Assembly (NCBI GenBank): GCA_964016885.1
Contig: OZ024743.1
Location: 25,482,001 to 25,546,000, forward strand
Direction of reading: 5' to 3'
DNA: 64,000 nt
Source: Eledone cirrhosa
Lineage: Eukaryota
The position numbers and the translations under genes are program-made. This document shows, in pieces, positions 52,049 to 63,051 of this stretch. The notes below the pieces were generated by a model. It was not told where the DNA came from, searched no databases, and was given only the letters and a program-made list of their open reading frames with translations. How positions within the stretch are numbered: position 1 is the stretch's first letter; every line of letters starts with the position of its first letter.

Positions 52049-52739
52049 TATAGTCGCATATATGTTATAGAATGCCGTTAGCTTCTTGCTAAAACAATCT
52101 CTATACCTCTCATTTATATTTATACTCGGATTCTTTTCCTAGAGTGCTTAAACTATCTGTGACTAATCCCGGTTTTTTTCATAAAAACTGTGATAATATT
52201 GCTATTTTGCTGAACTCCTTTGTAGAGTTTTTTTCAGAATGTATTTGACTGCTATTTCTTGTAAATAAACATTCACTTCCATCCTGACGTCACTAGCCCC
52301 GTTTTTTCCTCATGTGCTTTTTCATAAATACACATGAAGGCGAACTAGCCAGTTTTAGAATTCCCTTTTTCGGATTATATTACTGTGAGAGCCCTGGTTT
52401 TCTGTTGAGCTCTGCTGATGATTGAAATTCCAACCGTGACCATCTCCACTGAAAGTTTTCATGAAATAGTCTTTTAAGACTATACAGAGCATTTGATGTT
52501 ATTCCAAATTGAAGGATAAGTGTTTCAAACTTTATTTTATCATGAGTTAAAGGTCTATAGATTTTCCCTGGATTTTACTAAATTCTGTGGATGAATTTAT
52601 ATCCTGATTCTCTTTTGAGATGAGTTTGAGTTATTTTTCCTAAATCTTTCGTTAACTACTTTTCCCATCTTGACGTTATAGTCGCATATATGTTATAGAA
52701 TGCCGTTAGCTTCTTGCTAAAACAATCTCTATACCTCTC

Positions 52740-52747
<8 letters not shown>
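52049..52747 (+). mobile_element. Hammerhead-containing non-coding element, 628-bp unit plus 71-bp terminal direct repeat, within (TA)n; retrozyme/Penelope-like
   Basis: Identical TATAGTCGCATATATGTTATAGAATGCCGTTAGCTTCTTGCTAAAACAATCTCTATACCTCTCATTTATAT at 52049-52119 and 52677-52747. (TA)n lies on both sides, there is an internal hammerhead, and no ORF is predicted. Confidence 0.7.
52409..52490 (+). ncRNA. Type I hammerhead ribozyme
   Basis: GCTCTG(52409-14)-CTGATGA(52415-21)-TTGAAA...TTTCAT-GAAA(52463-66)-TAGTCT-TTTA-AGACTA-TA-CAGAGC(52485-90). Perfect 6-bp stem I, 7-bp stem III and AUA triplet; the first pair of stem II is a U-U mismatch. Confidence 0.8.
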
Positions 52748-52770
<23 letters not shown>

Positions 52771-52776
<6 letters not shown>

Positions 52777-52850
52777 TGTAATAAACAACACAATATAATT
52801 ATTCCATTACCAATGGTTTGACGAAGTCTGTGTTGTTTATTACATAATTA
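52771..52850. repeat. Perfect 22-bp inverted repeat, 36-nt spacer
   Basis: TAATTATGTAATAAACAACACA (52771-92) / TGTGTTGTTTATTACATAATTA (52829-50). Confidence 0.9.
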
Positions 52851-53052
52851 AATAGCTCTGTACTATACATAGAGCACTCTTCTTTCCTTTACCTTTTCCA
52901 CGGAAATACTTGACACACACACACACACACATACATACACACACACATACATATACATATATATATCTCTGTATGTATGTACAGTTTCTTAAAGGAAAAA
53001 TCTCATTACTGAATTTTACCTCGTAGTGAACAGTTGAATTCCACAACTGTAG

Positions 53053-53164
53053 GCTTTCTGATGAAGTGTAATAAATAATTAATTATTGAATATGATTAAA
53101 CAATATATATTGTAGTCACCATATGTAGACAATTTATAATAGACACAGAAACATATGTCAAAGC
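53053..53164 (+). ncRNA. Minimal type I hammerhead ribozyme (Penelope-type)
   Basis: GCTTT-CTGATGA(53058-64)-A-GTGT...ACAC-A-GAAAC(53148-52)-ATAT-GTC-AAAGC. 5-bp stem I, intact core, palindromic AUAU loop III, and a GUC triplet (cleavage after 53159). Confidence 0.8.
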
Positions 53165-53252
53165 AAATAAATTCATAATCTCTTCAAGCCGACGTATTAT
53201 TTTTCTTGGTGCAATAGTTGCTTATACATTCATATATATATATATATAACGT

Positions 53253-53370
53253 GAAGGCGCATGGCTGGGTGGTAAGACAATTAGATTTGTAATCGTGAAG
53301 TTGTGAGTTCGATTCCTGGACCGTTCGATGCGTTATGTCCTTGAGAAAGACACTTTATTTCACGTTGCCT
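53253..53370 (+). mobile_element. tRNA-derived SINE, 5' part with CORE-like domain
   Basis: A box TGGCTGGGTGG (53262), B box GAGTTCGATTCC (53305), then TGTCCTTGAGAAAGACACTTTATTTC resembling the CORE-SINE domain. Confidence 0.75.
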
Positions 53371-53517
53371 CTTCTACCTGGAGTTGCAGTCGATAGATAG
53401 TATTAGCAATTGGAAAGACCAACGGAAACATTGTTTCCTCGGTCTGATTGACGAAAGTCGATCCACTGTCGTTATATTATTCATAGTCGCTGTTATATAT
53501 ATACCAGTGATAAGCGT

Positions 53518-53549
<32 letters not shown>

Positions 53550-53563
53550 TATTGATGGTATTT

Positions 53564-53600
<37 letters not shown>

Positions 53601-53626
<26 letters not shown>

Positions 53627-53811
53627 TTTCTACTATTGGCACAAGGCCAGCAAATACCCAGTACATTACTGGTACTTTATTTTATCGACCCCGTAATGAT
53701 GAAAGGCAAAGTTAACCTCGGCGGGATTTGAACTCAGAATGGCAAGGGCCGTAACTCTATGCGTCAAAGCATGGCGTCCGACCCTCTACCGATACTGCCA
53801 ATCCACCGCCC
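53601..53811 (-). mobile_element. tRNA-derived SINE (family with several copies in this window), (ATT)n tail
   Basis: Minus strand: TGGCAGTATCGG A box, GAGTTCAAATCC B box, GCCTTTCATC...GGGGTCGATAAAATAAAGTACCAG body, (ATT)n tail. Near-identical to copies at 54801, 55684 and 56493. Confidence 0.9.
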
Positions 53812-53973
53812 AATAATAGGTTACAGTATCGTGAAAGAGGATAGAAAGAAGAGATAGAAAGAGATGCGATACAGAATATTATATGCCAAATGCGTAAGTG
53901 CTCAATGCTTGCGTTATCAGGGTTAAATATTAGAGAAAGTTAATATTTAGTGTAAAGGTTAAGCAGAGCTGTA

Positions 53974-54114
53974 ATAAGCAAAAGAATGAGTGAATGAGAG
54001 ATTTACAAGCCGTTAAAACATAACTTTATATAGCTATATAAAGATATGTGATATATAGCTATATAAAGATATGTTTTAACGGCTTGTAAATCTCTCATTC
54101 ACTCATTATTTTGG

Positions 54115-54118
<4 letters not shown>
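53974..54118. repeat. Long fold-back inverted repeat (~66-bp arms, 3 mismatches, 11-nt spacer)
   Basis: TAAGCAAAAGAATGAGTGAATGAGAGATTTACAAGCCGTTAAAACATAACTTTATATAGCTATATA (53975-54040) matches the reverse complement of 54052-54117. Confidence 0.92.

Positions 54119-54171
<53 letters not shown>
54116..54171. repeat. (TA)n microsatellite
   Basis: Pure TA run. Confidence 0.97.
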
Positions 54172-54173
<2 letters not shown>

Positions 54174-54800
54174 ATACCATCAATTGACAAATTATATCGA
54201 AGCCGATGATTCGTGTTGTCGCTTCTTTTTATTGAGAAAATTCAGTAATACGCAGTAATAACGGAGTGATTCAGCGGCATCATATGCGTATTGTGGTCTA
54301 CATGTATTGAGTACTTTCCTCACCTTTTTACATACATCCCTCTGTCCATCCACCAGTCTCTCCTTGCTTCCACCCATTCTTCCTTCCATCCATCCCACCT
54401 ATTAAACATGCATCCATATACGCATGCGTACGCTGCCATCAGTTCTGTCTGTAAGCCGTTCATCAAGGTCAGTAAAGGTTATTATTTTGGAACTTCCTCT
54501 TCGGAAATGAACGTGTCGCCACGGTCCAGTGAGACTCCCCGCTTATTACCGTGGCCAAACCATTAACTGAATGGCACACAACATACAGCCATAACCCTTC
54601 TACTACTCACTAAAATCCAAAATACACTGAATGCAATGTTTTGACATCAGGCACGAGAGAAGACAACCCCACCCTGAACGTTTTACCTTTTTTTCTCTTT
54701 TCTCCCCCCTTTTTTATTTTGAAACCGTGATTGTCATTCAGACAGAAATATCTGTACAATGGTCGGCCAGCTTGAGGGAGATTTCCACAAATATAATGTT

Positions 54801-54977
54801 ATTGGCAGTATCGGTAGAGGGTCGGACGCCATGCTTCCCAGCATAGTTACGTCCCTTTACGATCTGAGTTCAAATCCCGCCGAGGTTGACTTTGCCTTTC
54901 ATCCTTACGGGGTCGATAAAATAAAGTACCAGTAATGAACTGGGTAATTGCTGGCTTTGTGCCTAAAGTAGAAACAA
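54801..54977 (+). mobile_element. tRNA-derived SINE, same family
   Basis: ATTGGCAGTATCGGTAGAGGGTCGGAC...GAGTTCAAATCCCGCCGAGG...GGGGTCGATAAAATAAAGTACCAG...GTAGAAAC. Confidence 0.9.
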
Positions 54978-54986
54978 ATATATATA

Positions 54987-55049
<63 letters not shown>

Positions 55050-55105
55050 TATTTATATATATATATAATATATATATATATTATTTATATATATATATAA
55101 TATAT

Positions 55106-55181
<76 letters not shown>

Positions 55182-55195
55182 CATATATATACATA

Positions 55196-55227
<32 letters not shown>

Positions 55228-55325
55228 CATATATATACATATATACACACATACACACACACATATATATATATACATATATATGTATGTGTACATGTGT
55301 GTCTGTGCATGTATATGTGTGTAAG
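54978..55325. repeat. Compound TA/CA/TG microsatellite
   Basis: Read directly from the sequence. Confidence 0.95.
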
Positions 55326-55683
55326 TGTAAAATTAGATGATACCAACTGCAAACCTAGATGAAGACGAAGGGAGAGGAGCGAAATAAAGGAGAGAGAGAG
55401 AGAGAGACAGACGGAGTGTGAGTGTGGGTGTCTGTGTGTGTATATGTGTGTGCGTATGTATGTGTGTGTGTGTGTTTGTCTGGAGAGAGACAAGATTTAG
55501 AAGTTTATAAGTTCGTGCATTTCGAGATTTGCAATAAAAATATAAAAAAAGTTATTTGGAGAAATCTAAGGAAAAAATACACTGAAAGGGCGAGAGAAAA
55601 GGGGAGAGAAAGAGAGAGAAGGGGAAAGAAAGAAAGAAAAAGGAAGAAAGAGAGCGAGCGAGCGAGAGAGAGAGGGGGTAATA

Positions 55684-55869
55684 CAATTCTTTCTACGTTA
55701 GGCACAAGGCCAGCAAATACCCAGTGTATTACTGGTACTTTATTTTATCGACCCCTTAAGGATGAAAGGCAAAGTTAACCTCGGCGGGATTTGAACTCAG
55801 AATGGCAAGGGCCGTAACTCTATACGTCAAAGCATAGCGTCCGACCCTCTACCGATACTGCCAATCCAC
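55684..55869 (-). mobile_element. tRNA-derived SINE with probable target-site duplication
   Basis: Same family; flanked by GGGGTAATACAAT (~55675) and GGGGTGATACAAT (55870), 12/13 identical. Confidence 0.9.
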
Positions 55870-55899
55870 GGGGTGATACAATGAAAGAGAGATAGAATG

Positions 55900-55902
<3 letters not shown>

Positions 55903-55956
<54 letters not shown>
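55903..55956. repeat. (GA)n microsatellite
   Basis: Pure GA run. Confidence 0.97.
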
Positions 55957-55958
<2 letters not shown>

Positions 55959-56153
55959 CTGGTGCCTAAATATTCGTATCTTATGAGAGAAAGGAAGGGA
56001 TAGATAGCGAGGGTAGATAAAAGAAAGAGAGAAACAGTTATATTGAGGAGAAAGCAAAGCGGGCAAGGGGGAAAGAGAAAGAGGAAGAAATGAAGAGAGA
56101 AAGATAGGAAGAGAGAGAGAGAGATAGGAAGAGAGAGAGAGAGAAAGAGAGAG

Positions 56154-56206
56154 AGTAATACACTGGGATAATTGCTGGCCTTGTGCCAAAAGTAGAAACA
56201 ATTATT
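56154..56206 (+). mobile_element. 3' fragment of the same SINE
   Basis: AGTAATACACTGGGATAATTGCTGGCCTTGTGCCAAAAGTAGAAACAATTATT matches the 3' end of the full copies. Confidence 0.8.
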
Positions 56207-56299
56207 TTCTCTTCATAACAGTTTTACTGTCTGCCTACCAAAGCTATATCAATGTTATCAACGCATTTGTCTAATTTTATATCTTCCCATTGATATTTG

Positions 56300-56435
56300 A
56301 GAACAAGGCCAGAAATATTGAATGTCCCTAAGCTCGATTGAATTGATACTTGACTTCAGTAATTAATTAGCAGTTATTTTATCGATGACCGGAAAGATAA
56401 AAGGAAACAATTCCACTTTGGCGGTATTTGAGCAA
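56300..56435 (-). mobile_element. Old, diverged related SINE remnant
   Basis: ACAAGGCCAG...TTATTTTATCGA...GAAAGATAAAAGG...GGCGGTATTTGA is collinear with the younger copies. Confidence 0.55.
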
Positions 56436-56492
56436 ATGAAGAGTGTTAAAGGAATTCTAAAGTGAATGTCTAGATGACATTTTAACTCTTAA

Positions 56493-56679
56493 AATAATTG
56501 TTTCTACTTTTGGCACAATGCCAGAATTACTCAGTGCATTACTAGTACTTTATTTTATCGACCCTTTAAAGATGAAAGGCAAACTTAACCTCGGCGGGAT
56601 TTGAACTCAGAACGTAAAGGGCTATAACTATGCTGCAAAGCATGTTGTCCGACCCTCTACCGATACTGCCAATCCACCA
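56493..56679 (-). mobile_element. tRNA-derived SINE with probable 20-bp target-site duplication
   Basis: Same family; flanks TTTAACTCTTAAAATAATTG (56481-500) and TTTCACTTTTAAAATAATTG (56682-701), 18/20 identical. Confidence 0.9.
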
Positions 56680-57029
56680 TCTTTCACTTTTAAAATAATT
56701 GTTACTATTTTTACATATTAGGATTACATTATCAACAAATACTTCACATTTTTAAGCCGGTGATGAGTGATAGAAAGGAGATCGCACTACTATTTCTAAA
56801 GGTTTAATTAACCATATCAAGACGTCTTCGATAATTCGTACTCTTGTTGTAGTTATTTTGTAGCCCTAGGCCAACCCTGATCTGGCACACCTATGATCAA
56901 AGCCAGTCCAGCAATGACCAGTCGTCCTTTTTCTATGTGTAGCGAATCCGGGACCATTATCTAATGTAACTTTTACTAATATGGTAAGGTTTGATTTGAG
57001 GAAATTTAGTTGCTATACTTAGCAGCAGC

Positions 57030-57430
57030 AGCATAGTCGAGATATCTCACACCCACGTTCGAACAGTATAGCAGCTGTTTGAGTATCCAGTCATAATGCT
57101 GCAAGAGCTGCGTAAGGCAAATTCTCCCCGAGCGAAAAGTCTGTTGGGTATCAGTTAGAAGACCATTTACTTCTAGAAAATTAATCAGCTTTATTTTGAT
57201 GATTCGTACCATTACTTTGCTGTTACATGAGGTCAGGGACACACGTCTGTAGGTTTTAGTATCTTATTCCCCTTTTATGGATAGTAAACATTATACCTTC
57301 TTTTAGCTTTCCGGGTAGTTTACCACTTGCAATGGATCTTTGGAAGAGGGCCTACAGTGGTTTTGCTTATGTTCGCTTGCATGTATTTAGGAAGATTGCT
57401 GGGGAAACCATCAGTGCCAGCAGCTGTTTG
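57030..57430 (-). pseudogene. Non-LTR retrotransposon (CR1/L2/jockey-group) reverse transcriptase fragment, degraded
   Basis: Minus-strand translation gives AGTDGFP..KPL*ALFQRSIASGKLP, YRRVSLTS..K, QQTFRSGRICLTQLLQHY and YLDYA. These match the non-LTR RT motifs GPDG, YRPISL, QxGFRxGRSC and YLDF. Stops and frameshifts are present. Confidence 0.85.
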
Positions 57431-58039
57431 TGCCTGCTTCAAATGGGATTCCTTCTTTTATATGTAGCCGGTTTGAGATATTCTTTCTCATCTCATAATG
57501 GTTTTCCTGTCTCTGGGAATAATATTTTTGAGTCCGTTGGCCTTTCTTACCGGGGAAAACTTAAAGCAAATTGCTTGAATTATTTCTATGAATTGCTCAA
57601 GTTGTATGTTGACATCTTCTGTAGAGAGACTGTCGTATATGTATAGGCATATTATATAAATATAAGCGCAAATTTCATTTTTGGGAGATACAAATCCAAT
57701 CGGTTAGAAAAGTCAACACATATAATGCCCCAACCATGGTTTCTGAAACTCAGGATACAACACTAGGACTTCCAAGACATTGGAAAATCAAATATTGAAA
57801 GAACTGAATTTTCTTCATCGGGAGGCGATTTCTTCATAAGAATAAGGGGACAAGTTGAAATACATACCATGTCACTGCTAGATCTTATACGGTCAATGAA
57901 CTGTTGTATCGTTGAATTACCATATGAATATACTCCACACAAAGGGACAAGCTGAATATATATCATATACACCATGCCGCTTGTAGAATTGCAGGAGCTG
58001 ATGTACTAATATGCCACCGTTAGCATTCGGTAATCAGAA

Positions 58040-58530
58040 GGAAGGTAGGTGTACAAACCAAACACGCTATCTTTATCTCGGTATTCGTGCCAACCCTATC
58101 CTATAGTTATGAATATAAGTTAATGATCCGATGAATACGATCGCGAATGCAAGCGGCCGAAATGGTGTCCCTCCGAAGGATCTTTGGAGTAACGTTATTC
58201 GATAGAATGCGTAGCTCAGAGATCAGAGTTACTCCAGGTAGAGCCGCTACGCCTCCAAATTGAGAGATCAAAGCTCTGATAATATGGGCATGTGATTAGA
58301 ATGTCTCAGGAAAGAATCTCCGGACAAATGTTACGTGCAAAACCAACTGGCAGGAGACCTGGGGGTAGATCCTGAGCAAGTTGGTTGGATAGCAGCCATG
58401 AGTTTGACTGGTCTCGCTTGAGAATCCAGCTGGATCAGTAGGAAAAGGTTACTTCTGACAGGACTTGTTGGAAGGAGTGTTTGGGGATTCTGTCTCCATC
58501 ACCCTCTAGGGGCGAAGAAGAAAAAGAAGA
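58040..58530 (+). pseudogene. RTE-clade LINE (Rex3/Expander-like) ORF C-terminal fragment with GAA-rich tail
   Basis: Translates as VFVPTLSYSYE..RMQAAEMVSLRRIFGVTLFDRMRSSEIR..VEPLRLQIERSKL**YGHVIRM..PTGRRPGGRS*ASWLD, the typical RTE C-terminus, with stops and frameshifts. Confidence 0.85.
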
Positions 58531-59249
58531 GGAGCAGGAACGATATATCAATAGCACCCAATCATGTGTATTCACACGTAACTCACGTTTCGCGGTCGAT
58601 GAATTCAAAGTACGATCGTTATTGATCGCGCCTGACTTTGGTATCTCATCAAAGTTATAGATTATTTACACACGCAAACATGTATACGTATACATATGTC
58701 ATGTTCGGTGTGTGTGAGAGAGAGAAAGAGAGGGGGGGGGGGCGAGTAAAGAAGACTATGAGAGTGATGTGATCTAAGACACACTAAGTGTGTGTAAAAG
58801 GCTACAATGTGAGATCCAATAGAGTATTTTCTTGAATCTTCCAAGAAGTTCATTTTTGGTCATTTAAGGAATGAAGATGCTACACGCTATTTATTTTATT
58901 TATCGCTGAATTTCTCATTCCCTTTCATGTAATGACCGTTTCTCTGTTGCTCTGCCACTCACTCTTGCATTCTATCTCTTCATCTTTATTCTTACATACT
59001 TGCTATTCCACCCAATCTTTCTCCAAACATACCTATTTATATATATATATATCAATATATTTTAATTTATATCCATACTTCTATCGTCGTTCTCTCAGTC
59101 TTTCTTTCGCTATCACCTATAACATCTTTCTCAAACTCTTCTTTCATCTCATTTTTTTCCGTCTTATTCTCTGTTAAGTCTTTCATTAGTTCTCGTTTAT
59201 TCTCATTCGTTTCAATGTTTTTCTTTTTTTTTTCCGGTCGTCTTTGTAG

Positions 59250-59352
59250 ATATGTGTATGTAGACATATGTATGTATATATGTCCAAATATGTATGTGTA
59301 TATAAATACATATATATGTATACATATATATACGTGAGTGTGCATCTCTTTG

Positions 59353-59392
<40 letters not shown>

Positions 59393-59439
59393 TATACATA
59401 TATGTATAATATATATATAGAGAGAGAGATACATATATG

Positions 59440-59478
<39 letters not shown>

Positions 59479-59479
59479 C

Positions 59480-59510
<31 letters not shown>

Positions 59511-59520
59511 TACATATATG

Positions 59521-59569
<49 letters not shown>
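59250..59569. repeat. Compound TA/GA microsatellite with repeated GATACATATATGTATAATAT units
   Basis: Read directly; runs into the gap. Confidence 0.9.
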
Positions 59570-59769
59570 NNNNNNNNNNNNNNNNNNNNNNNNNNNNNNN
59601 NNNNNNNNNNNNNNNNNNNNNNNNNNNNNNNNNNNNNNNNNNNNNNNNNNNNNNNNNNNNNNNNNNNNNNNNNNNNNNNNNNNNNNNNNNNNNNNNNNNN
59701 NNNNNNNNNNNNNNNNNNNNNNNNNNNNNNNNNNNNNNNNNNNNNNNNNNNNNNNNNNNNNNNNNNNNN
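59570..59769. other. Assembly gap (200 N)
   Basis: Exactly 200 N, likely a fixed-size scaffolding gap. Confidence 0.99.
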
Positions 59770-60547
59770 CACATCTATATTAGATATAGATATGTGTGTG
59801 AGCGTGTACATTTTCTAAGACGACATTCGTCTCACCCACACAAAGGTTCCCAAAATGTGACGAAGCAACACAAATGTCAATTAACACGACCAACATTTGT
59901 AATCACAACACATCATTTTCGTGGCATCATCACCTCCAGCGACAAAATATAACATAACAATAACAACAATAAAAATAATATTTTCTTTATTTTTTATTTC
60001 CTTTCTTTACTCTTTTTTTTATATATTTTTATTTTTATTTTTATTTATTTGTTTATTTTATTTTTGATTTAACGATAACAACAAACACAACAATTCATTT
60101 CGACTATAACTACAACATAAGCTGTCTGTTTTGATTGTACCCTAATTAGCGGAAATATTGTAATTGCTTTTACAATTACTCCTAGCAATTTTGGAAAGAG
60201 TGGTCGGGAGCTTAGCCGATCCCTCACACCTTTGTACCCCCCCCCCTACTACTAGTCCTCCGTATGTTTCTTTCTACCCTTCTTTCTGCCATTCCTTCGT
60301 TTCCTCTTATCCCTCCTCCTTCACCCACGCTTCCTTTCAGTATTCCCTTTACTCCTACTTTTTGCTGTTCTTTTTATTTTCATTTCTAATACGTTATATA
60401 TAATATCTACGTTGTTGTCGCTCTTGTTGCTCTCATCGAGGACACTTCTGATCAAAGCTATTCTAGCCATTACCATCATGCCCTAGTTTTATATGTCCTA
60501 CTTTTCTATGAGAATAGGGCATAGATTGAAGATAATTCGTTTACAAT

Positions 60548-62821
60548 TTCGAGTTTTTGACTATGCCGTTCGGATTAAGGAATGCCGCTAGTACTTTTCA
60601 GCGGTTTATGGATGAGGTTACTCGCGGCCTCGATTTCGTCTATACCTATATTGACGATCTGCTCATTGCTAGTTCTTCTCCAGAGCAGCATACGCACCAT
60701 TTGTATCTTCTTTTCCGCCGATTGAAGGCGTATAATGTGCAGCTTAATGCACCCAAATGTGTTTTTGGTGCTGAGTCACTGACTTTCTTGGGTCACGTTA
60801 TCGATACTGACGGAATTCGACCCCGGCCTGAGCGAGTTAAGATCATAGAGGATTTGCCTCCACCGACCTCACTACGTCAGTTACGCCAGTTCTTAGGTCT
60901 GGTTAACTTTTATAGGCGTTTCGTGCCAAATTGTGCCAAGTTGCTTTTCTCCCTGACAGAAATTTTGAAAAATTGTCGGAGGAAGAACAAAGATATTTCT
61001 TTGACAGACACTCAACTTGCTGATTTTCAGCACGCCAAAACTGTTTTGGCTAATGCTTCGTTACTGACTCACCCGGTACCCGGTGCAAAGCTAACGCTTT
61101 GTGTTGATACATCGGATATCGCTGTGGGCGCAGTACTACAGCCAAACATCAATGTTTACCAGCAACCGCTGGAGTTTTTTTCCAAAAAGCTAAATCCTGC
61201 TGAGACGCGCTACAGCACCTTTGGAAGAGAGCTTTTAGCCATCTATTTGGCCGTGAAACATTTTTCACATGTGCTAGAGGGTAGACAATTTACTATCCTC
61301 ACTGACCATAAACCATTGACTTTTGCTTTGAGAGCGAAGGCTGATAAATACTCGCCCAGAGAGACGAGACACCTTGATTTCATCTCGCAATATACGAGTG
61401 ATATCCAGCACATTCCGGGTTCACTAAATACAGCGGCCGATGCTTTGTCCCGCTTGCCCGTGACAGCGATCTCGTCATCCTCTGACATAGATCTGACTCG
61501 TTTGGCTGCGGATCAGCCTCCCCTTGAGTCATTGGATGTCACATCGCCCGAGTTTGCGAATTGCGAGATGAAATACTTGCCTCTGTCGACTGCAGTTGGC
61601 CAAATTCTCTGCGACGTCTCTTTGGATGTGCCTAGGCCCTTCGTTCCAGAGAATCATCGTCGGACCGTGTTTCTGGGATTACATTGTATCTCGCATCCAG
61701 GATCTTCTGCCACAGCAAAGTTCATATCAGCTAGATTTTTCTGGCCAAATATGAGGCGTGAAATTGCTGCTTGGTGCCGTTCCTGCGTCGCTTGCCAGAG
61801 ATCAAAGGTCCATCGACACGTCAAGGCTCCCCTGGGTACCTTTGCTAACCCAGATGCGCGTTTTTCGTATATTCATATTGACATAGTGGGACCTTGGCCT
61901 GTCAGCGATGGTTTTTCTTATCTACTTACCGTCATTGACCGTTTTTCGAGATGGCCTGAGGCCATCCCTTTGAAAAACATCACCGCGGAGACAACAGCAC
62001 GTGCTCTTGTGTCTGGATGGATCTCTCGTTATGGAGTTCCATCCACAATAACTACCGACCGTGGACGACAGTTCGAGTCGAGCCTTTTCCTCGAGCTGTC
62101 AAAAATAATTGGTGCTAAACGCATTCGAACTACGGCATACCATCCCGCTTCGAATGGTATGGTGGAGCGTTTTCACCGCCAACTGAAGGCCTCCTTAATG
62201 GCCTCAATGGACTCGGCGCATTGGAGCGAGTACCTCCCTATTGTGCTACTAGGGATTCGGTCAACGGTGAAGGTCGACTTTGGATTTTCACCGGCCGAAG
62301 TACTGTACGGTGCCCCTCTGACGTTGCCCGGGCAAATGCTTTCCTCTATCGATCTTGATGCCCAAGATCACGCTTCCTACGTGTCCCGTTTGCGCTCCTA
62401 TTTCCAGGATTTGCCGCCAATAGACACTAGGAAACAATCTGTCAAGACTGCTGTCCCGAGGGATATTGCCTCGTGGACGCATATCTTTGTAAGGAATGAT
62501 ACGGTGAAGCCCCCGCTCACACAGCCTTACACTGGACCTTACCGTGTCTTAGCGCGCTCGGCTAAGCATTTCACGTTAGATATTAAGGGGTCCAGGGTGA
62601 CAGTTACATTAGACAGGCTTAAGCAGGCGCACCTTGATACGGACGCTGTGGTCCCTGATCCACGAACCCCTTCGTATTTGCCTGTTGAGCGAACGACTGT
62701 TCCTGATCCACCATCATCGCCTGTCCCTACACCACCACCATCGCCACGTTACAAGACCACGACCCGTTCAGGTCGTAGGGTCCACTGGCCCAAAAAACTT
62801 TGCAGCACCGTCTATATTTAG
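60548..62821 (+). CDS. pol: Ty3/gypsy LTR retrotransposon Pol, 5'-truncated (RT C-terminal half, RNase H, integrase)
   Basis: [22 protein letters not shown] and YIDD (RT). DTSD/RELLA/TDHKPL/ADALSR (RNase H). H-x3-H..C-x2-C zinc finger, HIDIVG/TDRG/VERFH D,D,E triad and GPY motif (integrase). RT-RH-IN domain order; 754 codons without a stop; no gag or protease upstream. Confidence 0.95.
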   Translation, partial: FEFLTMPFGLRNAASTFQRFMDEVTRGLDFVYTYIDDLLIASSSPEQHTHHLYLLFRRLKAYNVQLNAPKCVFGAESLTFLGHVIDTDGIRPRPERVKIIEDLPPPTSLRQLRQFLGLVNFYRRFVPNCAKLLFSLTEILKNCRRKNKDISLTDTQLADFQHAKTVLANASLLTHPVPGAKLTLCVDTSDIAVGAVLQPNINVYQQPLEFFSKKLNPAETRYSTFGRELLAIYLAVKHFSHVLEGRQFTILTDHKPLTFALRAKADKYSPRETRHLDFISQYTSDIQHIPGSLNTAADALSRLPVTAISSSSDIDLTRLAADQPPLESLDVTSPEFANCEMKYLPLSTAVGQILCDVSLDVPRPFVPENHRRTVFLGLHCISHPGSSATAKFISARFFWPNMRREIAAWCRSCVACQRSKVHRHVKAPLGTFANPDARFSYIHIDIVGPWPVSDGFSYLLTVIDRFSRWPEAIPLKNITAETTARALVSGWISRYGVPSTITTDRGRQFESSLFLELSKIIGAKRIRTTAYHPASNGMVERFHRQLKASLMASMDSAHWSEYLPIVLLGIRSTVKVDFGFSPAEVLYGAPLTLPGQMLSSIDLDAQDHASYVSRLRSYFQDLPPIDTRKQSVKTAVPRDIASWTHIFVRNDTVKPPLTQPYTGPYRVLARSAKHFTLDIKGSRVTVTLDRLKQAHLDTDAVVPDPRTPSYLPVERTTVPDPPSSPVPTPPPSPRYKTTTRSGRRVHWPKKLCSTVYI

Positions 62822-63051
62822 ACTATGTTAGCTGCACCTTTTTTTTTTGCCTCTGTGTTTCTGCTTTTCCTTTGCCTTGTTTTTTTTTATGCATGCATGT
62901 CGTTTTTTTTTTTAACATTTTTCAAATCCTTATTCTGGATTCAATTTTTGCTAGAGCGGATAGCTCCCCCTCGTTGCATTGTTCGCCATCTTACTCCACA
63001 TGTGAGTAATGACATCGATTTTCAATAATTTGAAAATCTGGCTCGAGGTAC

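Noticed and set aside
50268-56201. ORFs rich in YI, CV, HT or SL dipeptides (similar ones at 59067-59952 and 63176-63505)
   Set aside because: Translations of TA, TG, CA and GA microsatellites or of the N gap.
57763-57975. 70-aa minus-strand ORF with a possible G|GTATGT donor
   Set aside because: No recognisable domain and it lies between two LINE fragments; cannot be supported as a host exon without transcript or homology data.
61243-62831. Small antisense and alternate-frame ORFs overlapping pol
   Set aside because: Short shadow ORFs with no motifs.
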